This document shows positions 27,300 through 34,884 of a DNA stretch of 64,000 bases, piece after piece. Numbering within the stretch: position 1 is the stretch's first letter; each line of letters opens with the position of its first letter. This DNA is from Gammaproteobacteria bacterium (GTDB lineage: Bacteria > Pseudomonadota > Gammaproteobacteria > Pseudomonadales > Pseudohongiellaceae). The DNA is taken from positions 6,906-70,905 of the forward strand of contig JAFMKB010000006.1 of assembly GCA_017853205.1 (NCBI GenBank), in the 5' to 3' direction. The position numbers and the translations under genes were made by a program. The notes under the pieces were generated by a model. The model was not told where the DNA came from, ran no database searches, and saw nothing but the letters and a program-made list of their open reading frames with translations.

Positions 27300-29030
27300 T
27301 TAGGCTAACTCCAGCAGCGCAATCGTTTGCGCACGTAGCTCTTTTTTGGCGATTTTTCCTGTCGCGATACGCGGCAGTTGTTCGTACTGAAAGAAGAAGC
27401 GAGCGGGCACTTTAAATGCGGCGAGGCGATCGCGTAGGAATGCGCGAATCTCTGTTTCCTCTAGCACTTCGTTTTTCTTTAGCATGACCGTGGCGCAGGG
27501 CACTTCGCCGAGTCGTGTGTCAGGGATGCCGTAAACAGAGACTTCGCTCACCTTTGGATGCTCGGCAATCGCGTACTCAACTTCTGCGCAACCGATATTC
27601 TCACCGCCTCGAATCACGATGTCCTTCGCCCTGTCTAGAAGGATTAGGAATCCGAGTTCATCGAACATCCCAATATCGCCAGTGTGGAACCAGCCGTCCT
27701 TAATTACCTCGGCGGTTGCTTCGGGTTGATTCCAGTAGCCATGCATCACGGTGGGCCCCTTGATGCAGACCTCGCCGATACCACCTGGGGGAAGTTCGTT
27801 TCCAGCCTCGTCAACTATGCGCACATTTGTGACTGGCGGGGTGGGTCGACCCGTGCTATTCGGACGAGCGAGATAGAACGGTCCTGAAATGATCGCGCCG
27901 ATTGCGTTCGTCTCGGTCAGGCCATAGCCTAGACCCGGAATCGCTTTTTCAGGAAATTTCTTTGTGATTAAGTTGAGATGCTCGGGGGGTCTTGGAGCGC
28001 CGCCTGCCTGCACACTGCGAAGGCTCGAGAGGTCGGTGGTAGCGAATTTCTCTGACTGCATAACCTCCCAGGCCATGGTGGGAACGCCATGCAAAATTGA
28101 TATGCGCTCTTTTTCGATTAACTCTAATGCGACCTCTGGGTTCCACTTAAACATCATGACAAACTTGCGCGCATATAAGAAGCTCGACAGGAACTGAGCG
28201 TGGCTCCCTGTGCAGTGGAAAAGAGGCACGTTAGCCAGCAGTGCGGGCTGAAACTCAGGGTTCTCATCGACCAACTCAGGGCGCAGAGTTTCGGTGATGT
28301 CTTTTACGAATTTCCATGTGTAAAGCGCGCTTAAGGTATTACGATGACTTGATAACACGCCTTTCGGATTGCCGGTAGAACCAGAGGTATAGAGAATTGT
28401 GGCGCGGTCATCTGGCTCTACATCGAAGCCAGCAATATCAGCCTCTGTGTAAGGTTCAAAACCTCTGGCAACTGAGTAAAATTCTGGGTAATGAGACTCG
28501 TCTTCAGGTTTCGCAATGACCGCATCGATACCTAGGCGCGTCAGTGAGTCTTGCATCTGCGCAAGGCGCGGCGGGTCCGTGATAACAAGTTTGCTGCCAC
28601 TGTCGGTGAGGCCATATTCAATTTCACGCCCTTGCCACCAAGAGTTCATCGGCACGGCAATGGCGCCGATTTGCGTAATCCCCATGAAGGCGAGGCACCA
28701 CTCTGGGGAATTGCGCGCGCAGATGGCTACGCGGTCTCCTTTTTTGATGTTGTATTTTTCGACCAATGCGCGCGCGAAGCGTCTCGAGAGCGTTAAACAT
28801 TCGCCGAAGGTTAGTCGCTCATCTTGATAGACGAGAAAGCACTCGTCTTCGAAATCGTTAGCCAGAGCGTAGTACTTACCGAGATTGGAGGGGATATTGC
28901 TGAATACGTCGAGTTCAACACCCATCACGTTCTCAGTGTGAGTTTCGTATTCGCTTCCCTTTGCTTTCGTTGCAATGGCTATGTCTTTGAGTCTTTCTAG
29001 ATCTTCCTTGATTTGCTGGTCGCTTAGCAT
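27300..29030 (-). CDS. AMP-dependent acyl-CoA synthetase/ligase
   Basis: YTSGSTGNPKGV AMP-binding motif and GWFHTGD/DRAKD motifs. Confidence 0.85.
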   Translation of the reverse strand: MLSDQQIKEDLERLKDIAIATKAKGSEYETHTENVMGVELDVFSNIPSNLGKYYALANDFEDECFLVYQDERLTFGECLTLSRRFARALVEKYNIKKGDRVAICARNSPEWCLAFMGITQIGAIAVPMNSWWQGREIEYGLTDSGSKLVITDPPRLAQMQDSLTRLGIDAVIAKPEDESHYPEFYSVARGFEPYTEADIAGFDVEPDDRATILYTSGSTGNPKGVLSSHRNTLSALYTWKFVKDITETLRPELVDENPEFQPALLANVPLFHCTGSHAQFLSSFLYARKFVMMFKWNPEVALELIEKERISILHGVPTMAWEVMQSEKFATTDLSSLRSVQAGGAPRPPEHLNLITKKFPEKAIPGLGYGLTETNAIGAIISGPFYLARPNSTGRPTPPVTNVRIVDEAGNELPPGGIGEVCIKGPTVMHGYWNQPEATAEVIKDGWFHTGDIGMFDELGFLILLDRAKDIVIRGGENIGCAEVEYAIAEHPKVSEVSVYGIPDTRLGEVPCATVMLKKNEVLEETEIRAFLRDRLAAFKVPARFFFQYEQLPRIATGKIAKKELRAQTIALLELA

Positions 29031-29141
29031 GCTTTGGCCTTGGTTTTATATTTGGAATTATTATCACGGTACGTGAGTAGTCTGCGGTACCGTACTGTCG
29101 TATTGTTTAACGATCGCTGGCTGTTAGTCGTAGGTCTAGAG

Positions 29142-30128
29142 CTAGGCTTCTGTTTTGATTTCTAGCGTCACTTTGCCCATGACTTTGCGTTCGGTGAACA
29201 CGTTGAACGCGGCGACATAGTCTTCGAATGCAAACGATTCGGTAACGATTGGCTTAAGCTTGCCCTGTTCGTAGAGACTGAATAGTTCGGCAAAATTTTG
29301 CTCGTAGGCGGCGGGTTCTTCTTTTCTGAATCTGCCGAGGAAGACACCCACCATCGATGAGCCTTTGAGCAGCGCAAGATTAGCCTTGTATTCAGGGATG
29401 CGTCCGCTGGCGAAGCCAACTACAAGTAAGCGCCCGTTCCAAGCGATGCAGCGACAACTTTGATCGAATAAATCGCCTCCGACGGGGTCGTAGATCACAT
29501 CAGCCCCTTTCCCACCAGTAAGCGCATTGACCTTCTCTTTCAGTTCTCCGTCGCCATAGTTAAGTAGTTCATCAGGCTGAGCTGCTTTCACAAATTCGAG
29601 TTTTTCATCAGAGCTTGCGGCAGCAATGACACGTGCACCCATGAGTTTGCCAAGCTCAACGGCGGCGAGGCCGACACCGCCGCTAGCGCCCAACACTAAG
29701 AGGGTTTCGCCGGGTTGTAAATTGGCCCGCTGCTTGAGCGCGTGGTAAGAGGTGGTGTAGACCATAGCGAAGCTCGCAGCACTCTTAAAATCCATGCTGT
29801 CGGGAATTTTGCGTAAGCCTTCGGCTTTCACCCTCACTTGCTCGGCGAGGCCGCCAATACCAGGTGTCGCCATGACTCTGTCGCCTACTGCAAAACCTGA
29901 AAGTGATGAGCCCGCCTTGATGATCACGCCCCCAACTTCTGATCCCGGAGTAAAAGGCATGTCGGGTTGAAATTGGTATTTACCTTGAATCTGGAGCCCG
30001 TCGGGAAAATTGAGCGCCGCCGAGTAGACTTCGACTACTGCTTCGTCTGCCGCAGGGGTAAGATCGTCGACCACTTCGAGGCAAAGATTTTCGGCCGGTC
30101 CATGTGATTTACAAAGTATTGCTCGCAT
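29142..30128 (-). CDS. NADPH:quinone oxidoreductase (MDR/zeta-crystallin family)
   Basis: 328 aa with GASGGVGLAAVELGK nucleotide motif and MDR-like sequence. Confidence 0.85.
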   Translation of the reverse strand: MRAILCKSHGPAENLCLEVVDDLTPAADEAVVEVYSAALNFPDGLQIQGKYQFQPDMPFTPGSEVGGVIIKAGSSLSGFAVGDRVMATPGIGGLAEQVRVKAEGLRKIPDSMDFKSAASFAMVYTTSYHALKQRANLQPGETLLVLGASGGVGLAAVELGKLMGARVIAAASSDEKLEFVKAAQPDELLNYGDGELKEKVNALTGGKGADVIYDPVGGDLFDQSCRCIAWNGRLLVVGFASGRIPEYKANLALLKGSSMVGVFLGRFRKEEPAAYEQNFAELFSLYEQGKLKPIVTESFAFEDYVAAFNVFTERKVMGKVTLEIKTEA

Positions 30129-30414
30129 TACTACTGCCTCATAGGGTTGGTGAATTCAGGGTAAGCACTGGCTCGGCGATTAGGGCGCGGAGACGCAGAA
30201 AACATGCCGGATTCAATCATGAAAAGGCGGTTACTTCAAATCTCTGAATGAGGCATGGAGCGGCTGTATCGCGTTGTTGATAGCGTGGCGAACTGTTATT
30301 GTTACGCCCTACGAAAATGACACGTAACACGTCCAGATTCTCAACAGAGTTGGTGCTCAATCTGCGATAGATCATTTTTCTTCGGTTATCACTTATTAGA
30401 GCAGATTAAACGAA

Positions 30415-31287
30415 ATGGAAGAGGCGAGACGACAAGCCTATTTGCGCGCGATGGGCGTGCAAGTCTATTTTCCTCGCACTACTTTGGCAGGCGCTAAAGC
30501 GTCTCCGAAGTACGACTTTTCTAGCGTAGCTGAACTCTCTACCGCTTTATCTGAGCCATTAGCCCCTATGTCTGGGGCTCCCTCGGCCGCAGCGCAGGCG
30601 ACGGCGCCGAGTGTGCCTTCTACTCACCAAGAGATACCGCGTTTCCGTAGCAAAAATCCCGACAGACCTGTTATCGACATTGGACACCAGGCCAAAGGGC
30701 GCGTCAGAAGCGCCTCCGCGGGCGGCGCATCTGCGTCTGCAGATGCCCCCCCTTCGCCGGGTGGCGTGGTAGAGGTCGAACTGGAGAGAGGGAGGAATAT
30801 CGAAGCGGGACCGGCGACTACCAGTTTGCGCTTTGACCTTGGTTATTTTGTGACCTCAGAGGGCGTTGCGATACTTTACGAAATTCCGCCGGTTGCGAGA
30901 GAAGAGGATAAGGCGCGGGCGAAAAAGCTGTTGTCGTCGATTCTTCTTGCCTGCGAGTTAAATCCTTTAGCGGGAGGTGCAAGCCCGGCTCACGAGGCAT
31001 TTAGTTGGCCGCTCGAAAACGATCTTGGGCTGTCGAGCAGTGATCAGGCGGCTGCGGCTGCGTTGGCAGGATTCATCCGCCGACGTCACGATGGCGATCG
31101 CTTCAAAGAGCTTATCGTTTTCGGCGGCGTAGTTGAGCCGCTAATCTCAGAGATAGGCCAGAGCATGCCGTACCAGCAGACGCTGCTGGCAAGTCTGTCT
31201 GCTATGTTATCCCTAGCGTCCCTAAAGCGCGAAGTGTGGGCCGATCTGCAGCCAGTAATAGCGCGTACAAAAGGTGCGTATAGTTAG
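30415..31287 (+). CDS. Putative long-form DNA polymerase III psi subunit (HolD-like)
   Basis: It lies immediately upstream of rimI, as holD does in E. coli. The N-terminus RRQAYLRAMGVQVYFPR resembles E. coli psi RRDWQLQQLGITQWSLRRP. An Ala/Ser/Pro-rich spacer is followed by a C-terminal globular part. Confidence 0.4.
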   Translation: MEEARRQAYLRAMGVQVYFPRTTLAGAKASPKYDFSSVAELSTALSEPLAPMSGAPSAAAQATAPSVPSTHQEIPRFRSKNPDRPVIDIGHQAKGRVRSASAGGASASADAPPSPGGVVEVELERGRNIEAGPATTSLRFDLGYFVTSEGVAILYEIPPVAREEDKARAKKLLSSILLACELNPLAGGASPAHEAFSWPLENDLGLSSSDQAAAAALAGFIRRRHDGDRFKELIVFGGVVEPLISEIGQSMPYQQTLLASLSAMLSLASLKREVWADLQPVIARTKGAYS

Positions 31288-31306
31288 AAAGCTGTAACTG
31301 ACACGC

Positions 31307-31846
31307 GTGCCGTTTAGAAAGACTAGGAAGTACATTCTCCCAATGCTACCCAACACTCCAGAGAACGAATTTTTCGCCCGAGCGATGAGGTCTAGCGACC
31401 TTGATCTCGTCGTTAAAAACGAAGCGGCGGCCTATGTTTCGCCTTGGAGTAAGCGGATATTTGTCGATTGTCTGAGGTCCGGATACCAATGCTGGGTTCT
31501 CGCCAGCAAAAATCAGATAGTTGCGCATGGCGTGATGTCCGTCGCTATCGGCGAATGTCACCTCCTCACTCTCTGTGTCGCACCTGAATTTCAAAGGCGT
31601 GGGTTGGGTAAGCGGTTATTCAAGCTGCTGCTAGAGAAAGCTGAAAAGCTCGACGCTGAGACCTGCTTTTTGGAAGTCAGGCGCTCGAATAGCGCCGCGA
31701 TCGCCCTTTACGAATCTCTTGGATTTATGAAGATAGGAGAACGTAGAGGTTACTATCCTGATGGTTTTGGCGAGGACGGAGCTGAGAGGGAAGATGCGGT
31801 GGTGATGTCGGCCGCAGTGAGTCGACACAGGAAGAGGCTTGGCTAG
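31307..31846 (+). CDS. rimI: Ribosomal-protein-S18-alanine N-acetyltransferase
   Basis: GNAT fold with RRGLGKRL acetyl-CoA motif and RimI-like sequence. The start is probably an internal Met (~31343). Confidence 0.8.
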   Translation: MPFRKTRKYILPMLPNTPENEFFARAMRSSDLDLVVKNEAAAYVSPWSKRIFVDCLRSGYQCWVLASKNQIVAHGVMSVAIGECHLLTLCVAPEFQRRGLGKRLFKLLLEKAEKLDAETCFLEVRRSNSAAIALYESLGFMKIGERRGYYPDGFGEDGAEREDAVVMSAAVSRHRKRLG

Positions 31847-31894
31847 ACGGGGATTAGACAGTAACTAGCCAGGCACAAATGAAGTAACAGACCA

Positions 31895-32107
31895 TTAGCG
31901 GCGAAATTTACTCAGCAAGAAACCGAGTAGCGCGGCAACGCCGAGTATAGCTACCAAGAGTATGACGAGAGCACCGAGTTCTCTTGCCAGCGCGATTAAC
32001 GGGATGTCTTGCCACATGGAGAGGCCCCATAAACTGCCAGCACCTATCAGGATCCCGCTCAATGCAGCCGCGGTTTTCTTTCGCAATTTTAAAAATGAGA
32101 AAATCAT
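31895..32107 (-). CDS. Small two-helix membrane protein
   Basis: 70 aa with two hydrophobic helices. There is an ATGA stop/start overlap with the upstream zinc-ribbon gene (32104-32107). Confidence 0.45.
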   Translation of the reverse strand: MIFSFLKLRKKTAAALSGILIGAGSLWGLSMWQDIPLIALARELGALVILLVAILGVAALLGFLLSKFRR

Positions 32108-32604
32108 AATGCAGGCCTACCCTCAGTATCACTGTAGCTTGCTGTGCACACAGGATAACTGCTGCAGCCCCAAAAAGCCCCGTTCTTCCCTTCTCGTTTA
32201 ACGAGTAATTGCCCACATTTTTTGCAGCGATGGGCTTGTTTGGGTCTGCCTTCGTGATCGTCGAGGGTGACTTTGCAGCCTTTGTTGTAGCCACTGCAAA
32301 ACCAATATTCACCCTTTGCTTTATCGGCGCGTACTAGTTTTCGCGTGCACAGGGGGCAGCGGTAATCGGGATTGATATCAGCACTGGGACGGCCATCGAC
32401 CTCGTTAAGCGTCGTCCTGCATGTTGGGAAATCGCTGCATCCCCAAAAAGGTCCCATGCGACCGTCAATTCTGCGCATCGGCTTTTTGCACGTAGGACAG
32501 GGATGAGCCCTCCTAGTAGTCTCTTTGTCTCCTTTTTCTGTCACTGTCTTATCTTCTGGCATCGAATTATCTGCCATTGTTATACTTTCGGATCGTTCAC
32601 TCAA
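32104..32604 (-). CDS. Protein with three topoisomerase-IA-type C4 zinc-ribbon repeats (YrdD-like)
   Basis: Three copies of the CPxC..(F/Y)WGCS.(F/Y)P.C pattern (CPTCKK..FWGCSDFPTC; CPLCTR..YWFCSGYNKGC; CKKCGQ..FWGCSSYPVC). Confidence 0.75.
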   Translation of the reverse strand: MSERSESITMADNSMPEDKTVTEKGDKETTRRAHPCPTCKKPMRRIDGRMGPFWGCSDFPTCRTTLNEVDGRPSADINPDYRCPLCTRKLVRADKAKGEYWFCSGYNKGCKVTLDDHEGRPKQAHRCKKCGQLLVKREGKNGAFWGCSSYPVCTASYSDTEGRPAL

Positions 32605-32624
32605 TAAGACTTGCCATGGCGAGC

Positions 32625-33716
32625 CTACCGCGCGCTCGAGTTACCTTTACAAATCGTCGTTAGCGCCTTAATTAGACGATCGTTTTCCTCTTTGGTGCCA
32701 ATAGAAATTCGCAGTTTGTCACGCAGCCGTTCCTGGTCGAAGTAACGTACCAATATCCCTTCTTGTTTTAGCGCCGTATAAGCACGAGGCGCGCCTATAG
32801 AATCGGGTATTGTGCACAACAAAAAATTGCTTTGGCTGGCCAAACAGGCGAGGCCTAGTACATTGAGTGCGGCGAATACTTCCTCTCTGCTCTGCCTGAC
32901 TCTGTCCCAAGTGCTTTTCGCGTAGTCTTGGGAGGCGAGGGCGGTGGCGGCGAGTCGCTGGGAAATCGCATCGGTATTGTAGCTATCTCGGGTTTTAAAG
33001 AGCATCGGTGCGGCAAGATTTTTAGCCGCGAGGCCGTAGCCAAAACGCAGTCCCGCTAGTGAATACCCTTTGCTCATCGTGCGCAGAATTAGCAAGTTAT
33101 CGAAGCGGTGCAATAGAGGTACACAATCGTGTTCGAGGGCTGGATCGACAAAGTCGATATAGGCTTCGTCGACGACGAGCAGGCCGTCAAAATTTTCGGC
33201 GATCTCGGCGATTACTGCACTCGTTACCAAGCTGCCCGTTGGGGCATGAGGGTTGACGAGAATAAAGACCTTTGCCTTTATCTCACGCAGCTGTTGGATC
33301 AGATCGCCGGGGAGTTTCCATTGCGCGTCGAGGTCGATTTCACGAAGCGTCGCATCCTGTATTGCGGCAAGCACAGGATAGAGCGAATATGTCGGTTTAG
33401 TCGTCGCCACGACCTCCCCTTCGGCGACGAAGGTAGTAAGCATTAAACGCAGTAATTCGTCTCCACCGTTTGTCGGAATGATATTGTCGAGAGACAGTCC
33501 GTGAAGGTCGGCTGCGACTTGCCGAAATTCGTTCGCAACAGGATTTGGGTAACGCCTCAGGCTCGCTACGTCAAAGCTGCTTAGAGCCGCTGCTACCTCT
33601 GGGCTAGGTGGGTACGGATTCTCATTGGTGTTGAGCTTAATCGTATTAGGGTCTTGCGGCTGCTCGCCGGGCGCATAGCCCTGCATGGCGGCAATATTAG
33701 ATCTTTCGAGGGTCAT
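32625..33716 (-). CDS. hisC: Histidinol-phosphate aminotransferase
   Basis: LNTNENPYPPSP and the PLP-lysine region MSKGYSLAGLRFGY. Confidence 0.85.
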   Translation of the reverse strand: MTLERSNIAAMQGYAPGEQPQDPNTIKLNTNENPYPPSPEVAAALSSFDVASLRRYPNPVANEFRQVAADLHGLSLDNIIPTNGGDELLRLMLTTFVAEGEVVATTKPTYSLYPVLAAIQDATLREIDLDAQWKLPGDLIQQLREIKAKVFILVNPHAPTGSLVTSAVIAEIAENFDGLLVVDEAYIDFVDPALEHDCVPLLHRFDNLLILRTMSKGYSLAGLRFGYGLAAKNLAAPMLFKTRDSYNTDAISQRLAATALASQDYAKSTWDRVRQSREEVFAALNVLGLACLASQSNFLLCTIPDSIGAPRAYTALKQEGILVRYFDQERLRDKLRISIGTKEENDRLIKALTTICKGNSSAR

Positions 33717-33807
33717 TTTACGCGCTCTGCTACTAATCTGAATCGGAAACTCACGGCTGCAAAGAGTAAGCGATTACAGCTAAAGGTCAATGATTGTTCC
33801 TGCGTCG

Positions 33808-34848
33808 CTACTCGCATGTACTTTCGGCCATTGGCAGGGCTGCCGTAGCCAAGTAGGTATCAATACGGTTGTGCCAGCCTTTGAGCCAGCGCTGTTCCCG
33901 TCGTTCGCTAGGCGCGTTGGCTACTCTGCGCGTGAGAGTCTGCTTCGCAGCTGCAGCAAAGCTTTCTAAGGGAGCGTGGCTGTCGTCCATGGCGTTGAGT
34001 ACCTGCTGAAGCCCCCACCCTTGGCCGGCGTAGCGCTCACCCTCGGAGAGTCCTGTCCCTTTAAAGTGCACGTAGTCGATCAGAGCATAGAGCCCTGCGG
34101 GCGAATGACAGTGCGCGAGTCTTTCAACTCGGTATTTTATGCTTTCTCTCTCTGCTTCTGGCGACTGCATGATTATCGCGCTAATGCTGCTCTCTAGTCT
34201 CGCGATAATAAACCGGGCCTGCTCACGCTGGGTTGTCGCTAGGAGCGTCCTCAGCTCTTCCATACGATCGCTATTGATATTCGCGTAAAAGTCAGCGCGG
34301 GATTGCCATGGAGAGTCAATTTCTGAATAGGCGGGTTGTCGCTTTCCATTTTGTGAGAAATTTCCTGCACGAATATCTTGGTTGTGCCGGTCGCTAACTG
34401 TGCCGAGGCCGTTTGTAGCAGGCCCCATTGGTTGCTCCGTAGAAATCCCGGGCAGATGACTAGGTTGTAGCCAGCTCGGAAGCGTGACGCCGGTCTCATG
34501 GAGATGAGCTAGCAGGTCGGGGAAAGTTTCAGTAAAAATTTCGTCTTGATTCTGTTTATACCAAATGAAATGGCCTATACCGAGGGAGGGGAAGTCTTCG
34601 CCTTCGTTCCAGCTAGTCAGGCATGCGCGCTTGGAGGCGCATTCGTTGGCGAAAATCCTCTCGCCCAGCCAATGCGCCTGCGAGGCGGTAAGTTTGGGTA
34701 GGAAGATTTGTGCACTGGCTTGCCCGAAAGCAATTTGGCTAAGCAGCATTAGACAAGCTGCAAGCACAAAATTATTGGAGCTTTTTATGCGGCTTCTTTT
34801 AATTTGAGGCAAACGGGTAATTTGAGGCATTCGGGAAATCCTCGCCAA
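33808..34848 (-). CDS. Secreted hypothetical protein (possible lysozyme/transglycosylase-like fold)
   Basis: Signal peptide (..ISQIAFGQASAQ). Conserved-looking blocks ANECAS..WNEGEDFPSLGIGHFIW and YVHFKGTGLSEGERYAGQGWGLQQVL. I recognise no family with confidence. Confidence 0.45.
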   Translation of the reverse strand: MARISRMPQITRLPQIKRSRIKSSNNFVLAACLMLLSQIAFGQASAQIFLPKLTASQAHWLGERIFANECASKRACLTSWNEGEDFPSLGIGHFIWYKQNQDEIFTETFPDLLAHLHETGVTLPSWLQPSHLPGISTEQPMGPATNGLGTVSDRHNQDIRAGNFSQNGKRQPAYSEIDSPWQSRADFYANINSDRMEELRTLLATTQREQARFIIARLESSISAIIMQSPEAERESIKYRVERLAHCHSPAGLYALIDYVHFKGTGLSEGERYAGQGWGLQQVLNAMDDSHAPLESFAAAAKQTLTRRVANAPSERREQRWLKGWHNRIDTYLATAALPMAESTCE

Positions 34849-34884
34849 TGCAATCGACAGCGACGCTTGGCAGTATAGCGCGCC

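Noticed and set aside
29066-29093. Hairpin ACGGTAC-N14-GTACCGT between the quinone oxidoreductase and acyl-CoA synthetase genes
   Set aside because: It has only a 7-bp stem, a long loop and no T-run. It could be an operator, but the evidence is too thin to call.
31908-32312. 134-aa minus-strand ORF
   Set aside because: It is out of frame with, and overlaps, both the zinc-ribbon gene and the small membrane ORF. The other two are linked by an ATGA junction and are preferred.
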